DNA of 64,000 bases from the human T2T-CHM13v2.0 reference genome, Homo sapiens. Below are positions 42,057-55,025 of the stretch, piece by piece. The position numbers and the translations under genes are program-made. The notes beneath the pieces are model-generated. The model saw only the letters and a program-made list of their open reading frames with translations. It made no database searches and had not been told where the DNA came from. The DNA is taken from NCBI RefSeq assembly GCF_009914755.1, contig NC_060932.1. The stretch is one strand, 5' to 3'. How positions within the stretch are numbered: the stretch's first letter is position 1; the number at the start of each line of letters is the position of its first letter.

Positions 42057-43035
42057 GTTTGGTTCTATGAAATTTTATCGTGTGTAGATTTGTGTAATCA
42101 CCGCAGCAATCATTTATCAGTATTATTTCTTGGTCTATATGTTCAGTAATGGTTTCTTAGGGGCATCTTTAATAGATACTTAGGGCCATGGATTTGGATG
42201 AGATTTCCCAGGAGAAGGTGCAGAGAGAGAAAAGGAGAAGGCCTGGAGTGGAATGCCAGACAGAAGAGGGGCTTTGCTGTGACCCCTGGTAGAAGCTTCC
42301 TGGAGAAGGGTCTATGAGGGTAAAAGACCCCAGAGCCATGTGGTCTGGGGCCTGCCCTGCTCTGCTCTTGGCAGCCTCTGACCTGGGCTTTTCAGACAGG
42401 TCTATTTTCAAATGCTCTGCTCATAGGTCCCATAAGCCGTTATCCCTAAAATGCCAACATTTAGGTGCCTGAGCTACACTTCCTAGAAAGCAGTTTGCCT
42501 CTGGGATGCTTTGTCACTTCATATGTACTAAATTTGGGCTGGAAAAATGGAGCTATAGTTGTAGAATATATCAGTCAGCAAGATTTAACAACTGTAGCTA
42601 AAGTTTGCTGAAGGGACCCTGAAGTTACCACTGCAAATCTAAACACTGGGGTTTTTTGCACCCCCCAGCACAGGGCCTGGCACATTAGCGACACTCCGTT
42701 GTGGAGCTCGGTTGTTTGTGGTCAAATTCTACAATCTTGGCATCTTTTTTCTAACAAGAGAGCAGAGCGCATAGCTGCGTGGAATCTCCTGCGAGCCTCA
42801 GCAAGTTAACTCCCAGGAAAGTAGGGAGGACGCTTTTCCTCAAGGGAGAGAGAGGTTCCCTACTTCTTGAGTAAAAATTTCATGCTCCACATATTTTTGT
42901 TCAGTCATGTGAGCATGAATTCTTCAGTCTGTGAATTCTAAAGTTGGAGGATTCTGACAATCACAGCCCCAGACACACACAGTGGAAAACGCTCCCGTCC
43001 TTCGCCGGGCAGAGGCAGCTCCTGAAATAAAGCAG

Positions 43036-43068
43036 CAGCGCCCCCTGGTGGCAGACCTCAGTGCTGCA
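43036..43068 (-). promoter_or_regulatory. CTCF binding site with upstream motif
   Basis: Minus strand TGCAGCACT-GAGGT-CTGCCACCAGGGGGCGCTG: consensus core CCACCAGGGGGCGC plus a TGCAG upstream module at 5-bp spacing. Confidence 0.8.
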
Positions 43069-43959
43069 TCCCGTGGAAGGCCAATACCCTCCTTAAGAGA
43101 GGTCCTGCTTGGTTAACCCACTCTCAGTCCTGGCCACTTCCCAAAGGCACCTGGCTTACCAGCCTCAGAGGCTCCTAGCTCCATTCTCTCAGCCTGCCCA
43201 GAGAGAGCCTGGTGTGACTGAAGGAAGTGTGGACCTGGGAGATAGGAACCGACTGACACTGCTCCCTGATGTTTGTGCTTCAGGGACTGTGCTGGCTGAT
43301 GGGAACCCTGCATCTGAGAGCGCGTGCGCTGGGCGGGAGGCAGAGCCAAAACCGTAACAGCCAGAGCTAGAGACTCCGGCCTGGGGTTCTGGCTCTGTCC
43401 CGTATCAGCTAGGAAACCCAGGGCAAGCTACTTAAACTCTCAGAGGCTCAGCTTTTTCATGAGCAAACAGGAAAACAGGGCTAATGATTAGTCCTTGGCT
43501 TAAAATACATACCGCGTGTGAAATTGCAGGTATATAATAGATTCACTAAATGAGAGGTAATTATACTTATTAATGTCATAACAACTGGTCAAAGAAGAGA
43601 GCACTGGGAATTGGGAGGTGGGGCGTGATCAGAAAAGGCTTCAAAAATCAGGAGACATTTCGCCTGGGTTTTGAAGGAGGAGTAGGAGTTTTCCAATCAA
43701 AGGGGGAAGGGCATTCCGGATGGGTGAACTGTGTGTACAAAGGCATGGGAGCAAGAGGTGCTATGGTGCATGTGGGAAATTGTGAAGTGTTTGGTCTAAG
43801 CCTGAGGCGGGGGAAGTGAATCAGCTGGAGCTGAAACAGGACAGGTGAGCTGGGATCACTCTGGGAGTAGGTTGCAGGAATCTGTATTTGATAAGGAGAT
43901 TCCCAAAAGATTATGAGGCTGACTTCCCAAAGGCCTAAAGTCTAGAAACTATCACTGTA

Positions 43960-44130
43960 CCTGACATCCTGCACAATTCTCTCTAATCCGCACCACCACC
44001 TGGCAAGACAGAGGCTATTGTCTTTAATTTACCCAGCAGACAGCAGAGACTCAGAGAGGTGAAGTGACTTGTCCAGGATCATACAGCGAATGTGAACCAA
44101 GATCCAATGCCTGGTCAGCTTGACATCAAA
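43960..44130 (-). mobile_element. MIR
   Basis: gagactcagagaggtgaagtgacttgtccaggatcatacagc. Confidence 0.7.
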
Positions 44131-44409
44131 CCCCATCCATACAATAAGGGCTCAGTAAAAGCCAGCCATGACTCTATGTACTGGTGCTCTTTAGGGCTGG
44201 GCAGCCAGGTGTGCTGATATCCTGTTTCCCTGACATCCATGCTGTTAGAATTTCAGGGAAGATGGGGCAGGGTCAGGGAAGCACACCCTGTGGGCCAGAT
44301 TCTGAAGACAGGTACACACAGATTAGAGAGCTTTTCCTGGTTAGAATTGCTCATTGCAGGAAGAAAGTCCTGATCTTCTCAGGCATTTACAAGAGATAGT
44401 TTTGTGGGT

Positions 44410-45520
44410 GTGTGTATAATTTTCTTTAAATTTAAAACGATCTCAAACTTACAGAAAAGCTTCAATTGCAGCACAAATAATGTATGTTTTCTGAACCATC
44501 TGAGGGCGAGTTATCAACACTTACTCTCCAATGCGTCATCACCCCCAACACTCCTGTGTATTTCCTGCAAATAAGGATCTTCTCCTACATGGTCAGTCCG
44601 AACAACCTTCAGTCACAACTGAGAAGGTCACATGGTGCATCACTGCCGCTCAGTCTCCCCAAGCCCAGTGATTTCTTCACAGTAAGTGCATCCAGTTCAA
44701 GTTGGCATGCAGCATTTTGTTGTCACATCTCTTAGTCTCCAGTCTGAGGCTGTGCTCAGTCTTTACTTGAGTCTCATAACCTTGACACTTTCAAAGATGA
44801 AGGACTGGTTATCTTGTGGACTGTCCCTTCACTTGAGTGTGTGCTGATCCCTTGGGATTTGATGGCAGGAACATGGCAGAAGCGTTATTCCACTGCACTT
44901 GATTTCAGTTTGCCCTGTGTAAGCATTCTTTTTTTTTCTTTCTGTTTTTTCTTTTTTTTTTTTTTTGAGACAGAATCTCGCTCTGTCACCTAAGCTAGAA
45001 TGTAGTGGCACAATCATGGCTCACTGCGGCCTTAACCTCCTGGGCTCAAGTGATCCTCCTGCCACAGCCTCCTGAGGAGCTGGGACCACAGATGCACCAC
45101 TATCACACCCAGCTATTTTTTTTAGAGGTGGGGTCTTGCTGTGATGCCAAGGCTCATCTTGAATGCTAATGTTCACTTTGATTATTCGTTTAAAGTGGTG
45201 TCTTCCAGAGTTCTCTGTAAAGTTACTCTTTTCCTCTTGTAATAAATAAATATTTTGTGAGGTGGTATATTGAGACTGAATATTCCATTTCTCATCAGAC
45301 ATTCAGTTTATTCATTTTTTTCACTGTAGACTTGTGGTTTCTTATTTAAGTCAATAGGTTCTAATCCATTACTCTCATGATTTATTTGATGCTCAAATTG
45401 TCTCAGATTTGGCAAACAGGGAGTCCCTTGAAGCTGGCTTCTATGTCCTTCTGACATGCTCCCTTGTTCTTTAAGTGTTCACTTGCTTTCTGGTTCAGCA
45501 AGGTATCTTGATATCCTGGG
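44410..45520 (-). mobile_element. Old L1MC-like 3' fragment, interrupted by an Alu
   Basis: tctcaaacttacagaaaagcttcaa..tgatgctcaaattgtctcagatttggc. Confidence 0.6.
44930..45165 (-). mobile_element. AluJ, partial
   Basis: ttttgagacagaatctcgctctgtcacc..gctcaagtgatcctcc. Confidence 0.85.
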
Positions 45521-45525
45521 TTCAG

Positions 45526-45840
45526 GCCAGGTATGGTAGCTCATGGCTATAATCCCAACACTCTGGGAGGCTGAGATGTGAGGCCAAGATTTCAAGACCA
45601 GCCTGGGCAACATAACAAGACCTTGTCTTTACAACAACAACAACAACAACAAAAATGGGCAGACATGGGGGCATGCACCTGCAGTCCTGGCTACTCAGGA
45701 TGCTGAGGTGGGAGAATCACTTGAGCCCAATAATTCAGGCTGCAGTGAGCTATGATTGCACCACTGCACTCCAGCTTTGGTAACAGAGCAGGACCCTGTC
45801 TCAAATAAACAAAAACAAAAACAAAACAAACAAACAAAAA
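45526..45840 (+). mobile_element. AluJ
   Basis: Dimer with (AAC)n linker and (CAAAA)n tail. Confidence 0.85.
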
Positions 45841-47399
45841 ACCCTGAGTTCAACTTGTGCTTTCACTATCGCATCCCTGGAGTCAGCCATTTCTTCAAGG
45901 AGCCCCAGTTTCTTTCATGGAGAATAGAATATGTGAGTGTGAGCTGTGCTCATTGCTACTGGGGGAGGTGCTGTTTCCAGACCCCCTCAGTGAAATGTAT
46001 GTCTGTGTAAGTATAGATAAACACACATTTATGTGTATGTATATGTAGACATAATATTTACAGGTATATTTCTATATGTAGCTATACATTCATATATTTA
46101 GATCAAACATTTACTTATTTGATCAAGCCCCCTTTATGTTACCAATCTGTCTGCTAGATGACTTTCGCACTTTCAGAGTACTATGGATGTCAAAGCTTTT
46201 CAAAACCACCCAGTCTAACCTCTTTATTTTACAGATTAGGGATCTGAGACCCGCAGTATGGCAGTGACAAGATCCAAGTCTTGGGACACCTAGCCAGGAG
46301 GGAAGAATTTGAGGGAGAGGTGGAAAATATGCGAGGCTGAACTGACCTTCAAGGACAAGAAGGCTGTGTTCAGATAGACAGAGTTTGTCTTCTGGGAGAG
46401 GAGTGGGCTTATCCAGGATGATCCCAAAGGCAGATTGAGGACCAGTGGGAGGACATCCTGAGAAAGCAGATCCAGCTTTAGGCAAGGAAGGACTTCGTAA
46501 CAGGCAGAGAGCCCATGTTGGAAACAAGCAGCTCTGCAAGGTGTGGGCCCACTGTCTGACTCCCTGCGGGGCTGCTGCCTTGGAAGAGCCTCCTGCTTAG
46601 AGAGGTTGGTGGAACCAGGGTGCTCCAGCTCCTTTCCAGCTCTGACCCCCAAGATCAGCCCACCCCTGCCCCAGCCGATCACCCTGAGGATCTGGAGGGT
46701 CCTTGGTCTTTACACAGCCTGGTTCTCTGGCTTGATTATTTGAAAACTCTCTTCAACTCCAGGTTCTCCTGCCGCCAGCTGTCTCTCCTGAGTCCTGAGC
46801 ACCACATCTCTGGACCGTCTGGAGCCTCCCCTCCCTTGGCTTACTGCTCCCACCACCCTCTCTCTCCACCTTGCAAGAGACACTCTCCCTCATCCTGGGT
46901 CATCACCCTCTTTAGAGGCGCCGCCTGGCCACGAGGTTGGATATGGGGGGTGAGCATGGGATTGGGGCCAGCCTCCCATGAAAACTGCAGAAGTACAAAG
47001 CCAGACGCCCTTCCTGAGGTCACTCAGACTTGTACGCCTTTGGGGTTGAGCCTTCCCCGCTGTAGGGTTGAGGACTCCTTGACTTATTAAGGGTCCTAGT
47101 TCTTTGGAGTCCATCTACGGAGTTGTAAATGAACTGCTGGGGATGTCTGAGAACCCTGTGACCCTGGGGACTTCATTCAGCGTCCCATCCCTGATATGGG
47201 TCAGATTCATCTTGACCTCTGAGTGCTCCTGGCTAGGCTCTGCCAGGTGGCCAGGAAGTGGTGCTGCTGGGTCAGAACTTGCATGCTTACATGTAAATGA
47301 AGCTCAGAAAGGCCTTGCGTGTAGGGCAAAAGGGAGGGCTGGGGACTGAGAACTAGAGGCTGTGTGGTCCACTAGAAACATTCTGCCTGTGCATTATAA

Positions 47400-47795
47400 G
47401 CACAAACAGGCATACATACCAGCAAATGTGTGTGTGCACACACACATATCCATACCAGTACACACACATACACCATACATACTAGTAAATGGATATATGT
47501 ACACACATAACACACATATATCTCTCTCTATATACGTGCATACATACCTGTATATGTATACACACATACATGCATGATAGTATACACACATATACTAGTA
47601 TATATACACATACATACAAACCAGTATATATGTCTAAAATAGATATAATACATATACATACACATACAGAGCAGTATATTGTACACGCTATATGTTAAGT
47701 GTGAACATATGTATGCACACAGCCTACGTGCACATCTGTGTGTATGCACAAATGCATGAGTTGGCACATACCTGTGTGCAAATATATGCACACTG
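47400..47795. repeat. Degenerate (CA/TA)n low-complexity tract
   Basis: catacatacacacatata-type purine-pyrimidine alternation. Confidence 0.85.
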
Positions 47796-48698
47796 CAGTA
47801 ACTTGGCCCTGGAGTTTGCACCACTGACTTCTGCCTCTGAGGCTCAGGAAGCCATCATGCAGGCTGATCCAGATCTCCCTTCTCCTTGCAAATATTTTTT
47901 GGATCACAGGTGGGCAGGATCTTGGCCTTACTTGATGCAGTGCACACCTCCAACAGGCATCAGATGGAGTGCAGCCGGGAGCAAGATTCTCATAGCAATT
48001 ACAAAGATTCACAAGAAAATGTGCCCTCCACTACACAGCTGTAATTTACATGCTTTCAAACTTGATATGGAATGACTGTGGTTTCCCCTGAAAGAAGCAT
48101 CACTGATCTCTGCACAGGAGAAACAAGGTGGGCACTGAGGGAAGGGCTTTGAAACTGAGACGGGAGCCTGGCTCCCGCCCCAGCCTGGCTAGAGATCTTG
48201 AATGTGGGTTTCTGAACACAGCATGGGGCTGTGACTGGGCGTCCCTAAGAAGAGTGGTCAGCATGCCGTGCCCCATCACCAGGGGGTTAGATGTTGTGGG
48301 TCCAGCTGAGGCAGAGAGGAGCTGGGAATATAAGACAGGCCAGCTCCTGGCCTGGCAGCTGAGGCCTGCAGGCTGCCTGGCCATGAGTTTGGGGGACCAT
48401 GTCAGGCCGGTAGGCCACCTTTCCTTACAGAGACACCCTGTGACAGTGGCCACTGCAACAGACCCTCAGATGAGGTGCTGTGACTAGGACTTGACCTTTT
48501 GGACTTGGAAAGCATCCATTGGGCTGGGGGGCTCTTGGAGTTATTTAGAAGGAGGACCCCGAGATTCCCTTGAAAGAGATGATGTAATCCCAAATGCTAG
48601 AGAATGTGACCTCATTTTATGCTCCAAGTAGCTGACATTGGAATTGGGTTATAAATGCATTTTTGCCTTTCCTGAACAAAGCAGTTTTTGCTTCCCAG

Positions 48699-48699
<1 letters not shown>

Positions 48700-48758
<59 letters not shown>
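48700..48758. repeat. (GT)n microsatellite, about 29 units
   Basis: Seen directly. Confidence 0.97.
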
Positions 48759-48761
<3 letters not shown>

Positions 48762-50135
48762 GGCCCACTGGCCCAGATGAGTGTTACATGGCCACATCTT
48801 TAAAGCATATTCCAGCAGGGTAAGCTTGTTCCCCAAGGCCATGTGGGGTTGTGCAGTGACTGACTGGTCCTATACAGCCTGGAGAGCGCTGAAGGAGAAA
48901 TAGCTGTTGGGGGGTCTTATTTCAGGTCTGCTTTCTTCAGGCCATGCCTTGTTTCTGTTGGGTTAGGGGAAGTTGCTGGGCAAATGTGAGCAGGTGGCGC
49001 ACCTGCCAAACACTGACATGACCACACGTAAGTGTCATGGCTTCCCTAGGCACGCGGAGGCCCTGAGCACACCCAGCCTGAGGGCCCAGGTGCATCCTGA
49101 GAGTTGAGGACAGATGTGGCAGGGGTAGGGTGTCAGGCCTGTTTTAATCAGAGAAGCAACTGCCTGCCACAGTCGATGTTAAGCTCCTGAAACATCATGC
49201 AAGCTACTTGCTCGGCCTTCTGACTCAGGATTGAAATAAATGCTGCAATCCTGCTACAAAGAAGTTCATGTTCTGACTGTGCTGGAACATTCCTCATCCT
49301 TGCTGGCTGTGATTGTTAAAGATGCAGTGCAGATGGAGGCTTGTCCTTTCCATTTAAAGGAGAAATAGGTGTCAGGATTGGAGGTGAGCCCATCTGAGGC
49401 AGGTGCCTTTATGTCGCCCAGGTGTCCTGCACCCCTCCTCTTGTAGACTATGCCTCTGGACGTGTGGCCTTGAGCGTGACCCCTGGAGTTTACCCCAGTG
49501 TTTGGCTAGGGGATCCCAAGACGTACAGTGTCAAAGGACAGATGGCAGGTCAGCCAGGGCCTGGGATGTGGAAGCGCCCACCTCCATTTTCAGGCTCTGT
49601 GTCTTTGGGCAAGTCATCAACTTATCTGATCCCCATTCTCCATCCCTGTCAAATATGGATTCATGATCCCTGCACTTTGCCCCTGTGAGCCTGTTGTGAG
49701 GTGCCCTGTGTGTGTGTGGAAGGGCTTCGTACACATCATGTTGTATACCTGGTATGGGCCATCGGGCTCAGCACTGAGTATACAGCCCGGAGAGTGAGGC
49801 AGCTGCAAGGAGCTGCTGCCACGTGGCCTTGCAGAACCCTTTCTGGTGCCACCACTGACGTCCACATCAGGGAATGAGTCAAGGCTCTGAGTCCCTGTCT
49901 GCAATGCCACCTCCTTGAAAGTTCCCCTACTCCAACCATGTTCAGAGTCCTCAAGGGATGTGATATATTCAGCTCTGCTTTATGGCTTGATTTAAAACAT
50001 GAGTTTTCTCCAATACAATTGCTAGATTAGGGAACAATTGAACATGACATGAGTTTCAAAGTTCACATTTGCTCTGCATGATTTTGTCCTCAGAAATACC
50101 AGGTTAATACAGAGAAAAGCGCCTGGCCGACCTGA

Positions 50136-50562
50136 GCCTAGGAATACACAAACACAAGTGCACACCCTAGGGGTACACAACCCCAACAGTGCACACACCC
50201 TAGGGATACACAACCACACCAGTGCATACAGCCCAGTGATACACAACCCCACTTCTGCACACACCCTAGGGTTACACACCACACCTGTACACAAAACCTA
50301 GGGATACACAACCACACCAGTGGACAAACCCTAGGGATACACAATCACACCAGTGCACAAACCCTAGGGATACACAACTACACCAGTGCACGAACCCTAA
50401 GGATACACAACCCCACTTCTGCACACATCCTAAAAATACACAACTCCACTGTGCAAACGCCCTAGGGATACACAAACCCACTTGTGCGCACACCCAAGGG
50501 ATACACAACCACATCCGTGCACATACCCTATGAATACATACTGCACCCATGCAAATCCTAGC
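50136..50562. repeat. 33-bp minisatellite (ccctagggatacacaaccacaccagtgcacaaa), about 13 copies
   Basis: The ctaggg anchor or a variant recurs at 50167, 50200, 50266, 50298, 50331, 50364, 50397, 50430, 50462, 50495 and 50528. Confidence 0.93.
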
Positions 50563-51294
50563 ATCTTCTGTCCCTCCATTCACAGGGTGTGTTAGGAGTT
50601 ACATCCACTAACCTCTGGGGCTAGAATGTTCCTCCTAATCCCGGATTACCAGCTTACAACCCCAATGCCCACTTTCTCAAACAAGCCTCGTCTTTTTAAA
50701 GGTAAATACCATATTTATTTTAGTATTTACGTATTTCTTAAACATTTAACCTGTAAACCTGTGCTATCATTTTTATTAGGTTCTAATCTTTTTTTAAAAA
50801 TGTGTTGCTGATGAAGCCCCTAACTCTATTTTTCTCATAGCCCTGCGGGTCATATCACATGATTTTGCAGAGCCTAATAATTTTTAGGGATGCCTGTGTC
50901 ACAGCATCGCAGAAATATTTGAATTCATGGTCTGGCCATGGGTCTGTGCTGTGGCCTGAGCTGTGGGTGGGGATGCCCAGGTGTCAGGAGCATGCCTTAG
51001 GTAGCACTAGCTGTGCAAACCTTTATGCACATCCTGTTGCTTCCTGATGATTTCTCTGGAGAAGCAATGGCAGTTCACTTGCACCAAGTGCAGATGCTCT
51101 TCTGATTTAGGCTGGCTCATTCACTGAATCTTCACAACAACCCTAGAAGGTTGGTACTAATAATATCTTTATTTTACAGATGAGAAAACCAAGTCACAAA
51201 CAAGTTATGCTCGGGGTCACATAACCAGGCATCAGAGGGTCCAGGCTTTCAGCTTCCCTCCCTGACTGTGCTGCCTCCCTCTGTACCTGGATGA

Positions 51295-51615
51295 GTAGGC
51301 TTTTTGTGCAAAGGACCAAATAGTATTTTTAGCTTTATGGGCCATGTGGTCTCTATTGCAGATGTCCTTATAGCACAAAACAGCTATAGGCCCTCCACAA
51401 ATGCATGGGCCAGGCTGTGTGAGAACACAGTTTTATTTATGGACACCAAACTTTGAATACCTTATCATTTTTTATGCATCACGGAATGCTACTCTTTTGG
51501 GTTTTTTTTAAACAATTAAAAGATCGTAAAAATCATTCCTGCTTATGTACCATACAAAAATAGGTGGTAGGCTGGATTTGGTCTGTGGGTCATAGTTTTC
51601 CCACACAGATCCTTG
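51295..51615. mobile_element. hAT-Charlie DNA transposon, MER58B-like
   Basis: aaaggaccaaatagtatttttagctttatgggcca...ggctggatttggtctgtgggtcatagttt. Confidence 0.75.
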
Positions 51616-51989
51616 CTTTAGAGTGAGAGAATTGGTCAAAAGGTCCCAGCATTTCAATGGCTCTTGGAGTGTTCTGGAAATAAAACCACCAGGCTTGTAC
51701 TCATTTATATTGTTAACAGGATTTTAGTGCTCTAGTTTCACCGCAATTTTATGCTAATTTTTTTAATGCTTGTTAATGTATCAGATATGACATATAGCCT
51801 TTCCCTCTTTGTTTTATTGGACTGACGTATGTGCAGAGTTATAAAGTCAAATAGTTAACTACACTTCTAACAAAAACAGCCATCTCTGCCTTATACCTTT
51901 GCACCTGATTCCCACTCTTCAGAGGTAAGCATTTTAACCTCTTTTACAGTGCTGGTATTCCCCTCTCTGCCTGTATTTCTTTTTTTCCT

Positions 51990-52200
51990 TCTTTTGAGAC
52001 AGGATCTTGCTCTGTCACCTAGGCTGGAGTGCAATGGCACACTCACGGCTCACTGCAGCGTCAAACTCCCAGGCTCAAGTGTTCCTCCTACCTCAGCCTC
52101 CTGAGTAGCTAGGACCACAGGTGTGTGCCACCATGCCCCGCTAACTAAAAAAAAATTAGATATGAGGTCTCACTATATTGCCCAGGCTGGTCTAGAACTT
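51990..52200 (-). mobile_element. AluJ, partial
   Basis: ttttgagacaggatcttgctctgtcacctaggctggagtgca. Confidence 0.85.
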
Positions 52201-52204
52201 ATGT

Positions 52205-52630
52205 TTATTTTATTGTGGTACAATATATACAGCAAATTATACCATATTAATCATTTTAGATGTGCAATTCAGTGGCATTAATTATATTCACAATGTACAA
52301 CCATCACACATCTACTTCCAAAACTTTTCTGTCATTTCATACAGAAACTCTGTACCCATTAAGCAATAACTCCCGTCTCCCTCACTTCCCCAACTCTGGT
52401 AACTTATGGCCTGCTTCTCATCTCGTGAACCCTGCCTATTCTAGGTACCTCATGGAGGTGGAATCCTGTAGTATTTGCCCTTTTGTCCCTGTCTTATTTG
52501 ACTTATTATCATGTTTTGCAAGTTCATCTATGTTGTTGCATGTGTCAGAATTTTGTTCCTTTTTGTAGCTGAGTGCTATTCCATTGTATGGATGTGCCAC
52601 ACTTCATGTATCCATTCATCGGTTGATAGG
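52205..52630 (-). mobile_element. L1MB-like 3' UTR fragment
   Basis: aattcagtggcattaattatattcacaatgtacaaccatcac..cagaaactctgtacccattaagcaataactccc. Confidence 0.75.
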
Positions 52631-53091
52631 CCAGCCCGGTGTCAATGGGGGAGGCAACTCCATGGGAGTATGAACTCACTAGGATGTGGGGCTCACTGGC
52701 AGCTATCCTGGGGGATGGCTGCCAAGTGGATAATGTGTTCAAAGCCAGGCTCTAATAGAATTCAACCTTCACAAGGTCAAGTTCCCAGTCTGTATTTTTA
52801 CGCCACTTCCCAGCACAGGCCCAGACACAAAGCAGATGTGCAGTGGAGTGTGAAAGAGGCAGCCAACTCACTGGGGAGCTTCAGAGGGAGATGGCCCAAA
52901 TTGCTGGGGCCTAAGAATCTCCCGGAATGAAGGAACAGTAGAAAGAACTGGGTAAGTTTGACTTGAGTGGCAGTTTGACTGTTGGGACAAGGTGGCTATG
53001 TGACCAAAGTCAGAATAGCATAAATGTGTAGATGGAAGGGAACCCAGAGACCACTCAGACCAACCTTGTTATGTTTCAGGTAAAGGGGGTC

Positions 53092-53880
53092 ACCCATTTC
53101 CTGGGGTGGCTGTAACAGACTGCCACTCACTGGGTGGCTTAAAACACTTGAAATGTGTTCTCTCACATCTCTGCAGGCCAGAAGCCTGAGATCACGGTAA
53201 TGGCAGAGATCACGGTAATGGCAGAGTAGGTTTCTTCCACAGGCCATGAGGGATAATCTAGTCCAGGCCTCTCTCCTGGCTTCTGGTGGTCTGCTGGCCA
53301 TCTTCAATGTTCCTGGGCCTCTAGAAACATCACTCTAGTCTCTGCCTCCATTGCCACGTGGTGTGTCTCTCTCTCTTTACTTTTTATTTATTTATTTATT
53401 TATTTTTTAAGATAGGGCCTCACTCTGTTGCCTGGGCTAGAGTGCAATGGCATGATCATAGCTCACTGCAGCCTCGACCTCCCACACTCAAGTGATCCTT
53501 TCATCTCGATTCCCAAGTAGTTGGGACTACAGGCATGCGCCACCACACCCAGATAATTTTTGTACTTTTTATAGAGATGGGGTTTTGCCATGTTACCCAG
53601 ATGGGTCTCAAACTCCGGGACTCAAGCAATCCTCCCACCTCAGCCTCCCAAAGTGCTGAGGTTATAGGCATGAGCCACTGCACTCAGCCTCTTTGTCTAA
53701 TCTCATAAGGACACCAGAAATATTAGATTAAGGTCCCACACAGCTCCAGTATGACCTCATCTTGATTTAACTAATTACATCTGCAACAACCCCATACTTT
53801 CAAAATAAGCTCGCATTCTGAGGTACTGGGGGTAGGATTTCAAGATATGTTTTTGGGGAAACACAGTTCAAGCCATAAGA
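53092..53880 (-). mobile_element. MLT1B/C-like MaLR LTR split by an Alu
   Basis: ggctgtaacagactgccac..ggtggcttaaaaca..; taattacatctgcaacaaccc..ttctgaggtactgggg. Confidence 0.7.
53380..53690 (-). mobile_element. AluJ
   Basis: Full dimer with (TTTA)n tail. Confidence 0.9.
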
Positions 53881-54089
53881 GAGAGAGAATATGCTCTGTT
53901 TAAATCTCACAGCTAATTCATTGGATCTTTGGAAGACCCAAGGCTCATTTCTGTCTGCCTCTATTTCTAATTAATGTCAAGTTGTCTTTCTTACTCGTGA
54001 AATTCTAGGAGCATCTGGCTTGTCTGCCATTCTTGTGTCCCTGTTATTCAGAAAAATAAGGTTTACATGACAGATGGAAAGAAAGATCA

Positions 54090-54387
54090 GGCCGGGCGTG
54101 GTGGCCCATGTCTGTAATCCCAGCATTTTGAGAGACTGAGGCGGGCAGATCATAAGATCAGGAGTTTGAGACCAGTCTGGCCAACACGGTGAAACCCCAT
54201 GTCTACTGGAAACATAAAAATTAGCCGGGCATCGTGGCGCATGCCTGTAATCCCAGATACTCAGGAGGCTGAGGCAGGAGAATAGCTTGAACCCAGGAAC
54301 TGGAGGTTGCAGTGAACCGAGATCGTGCCACGGCACACCAGCCTGGGCGACGGGGCGAGACTCCATCTCAAAAAAAAAAAAAAAAAA
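54090..54387 (+). mobile_element. AluS
   Basis: Full dimer; TSD aaagaaagatcag on both sides. Confidence 0.95.
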
Positions 54388-54851
54388 GAAAGATCAGCCG
54401 GTTGTCACTGTAGTGTGTTGTTTTCTGCAAGACAGTCACAGTTATTACAAACCGGGAGAAAACAGTTGCATAAGAAAAATGCAGCTCTGACACCCCGGCC
54501 AAAGAGCCCTCCAGCTTTAAGTAGACATTTCCACTTCTCCGTGCCCAGGGGAGCATTAATGGACCTGTGTATCACTGCAGCTGAACCTTAGCAAGGAAGA
54601 CTGGGTTTCTCAGGCAGGGAAGGTGGCTGCAGTGTAAGCCAAGAGATTGCAAATCTGCAAAATCGGAAATGCTGAAGGCTGCTGGATCAGCCAGCCGGGA
54701 GAGATACATGTCCACCTGGCACATGGCTGGATGTGGGGTCAGGGCAAGCTCACAGCCTTGCCAGGAGAGTTTGCTTTTGTTGGAGCCAGAGAGCAGAATT
54801 GCTCAGATGCATCTTCTTTGCGCTAGGCATTTGTGTGACAGGGATAAGGGG

Positions 54852-55025
54852 CAGGCTGACTCCAGGGATGTGTGACTTGTGCAGTCACAGCCACACAGGT
54901 CCCCATACATGGAAGGGCCCTGAGCTTGCTTTGATGCTCTGCTGTCACAATCTTCATGATATTTGAACAAAGGGCCTGCATTTTTATTTTGTACTTGGCC
55001 CTGCAAATTACATAGTAGGTCCCGA
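54852..55025. mobile_element. hAT-Tip100 DNA transposon, MER91-like
   Basis: gaagggccctgagcttgctttgatgctctgctgtcac..ggccctgcaaattacatag. Confidence 0.55.

Noticed and set aside
46123-48487. Cluster of 100-156 aa ORFs in GC-richer DNA
   Set aside because: No recognisable domain, overlapping on both strands, partly low-complexity and consistent with chance.
50136-50562. Relationship to the ANKRD 33-bp array
   Set aside because: Same period but no sequence similarity on either strand.
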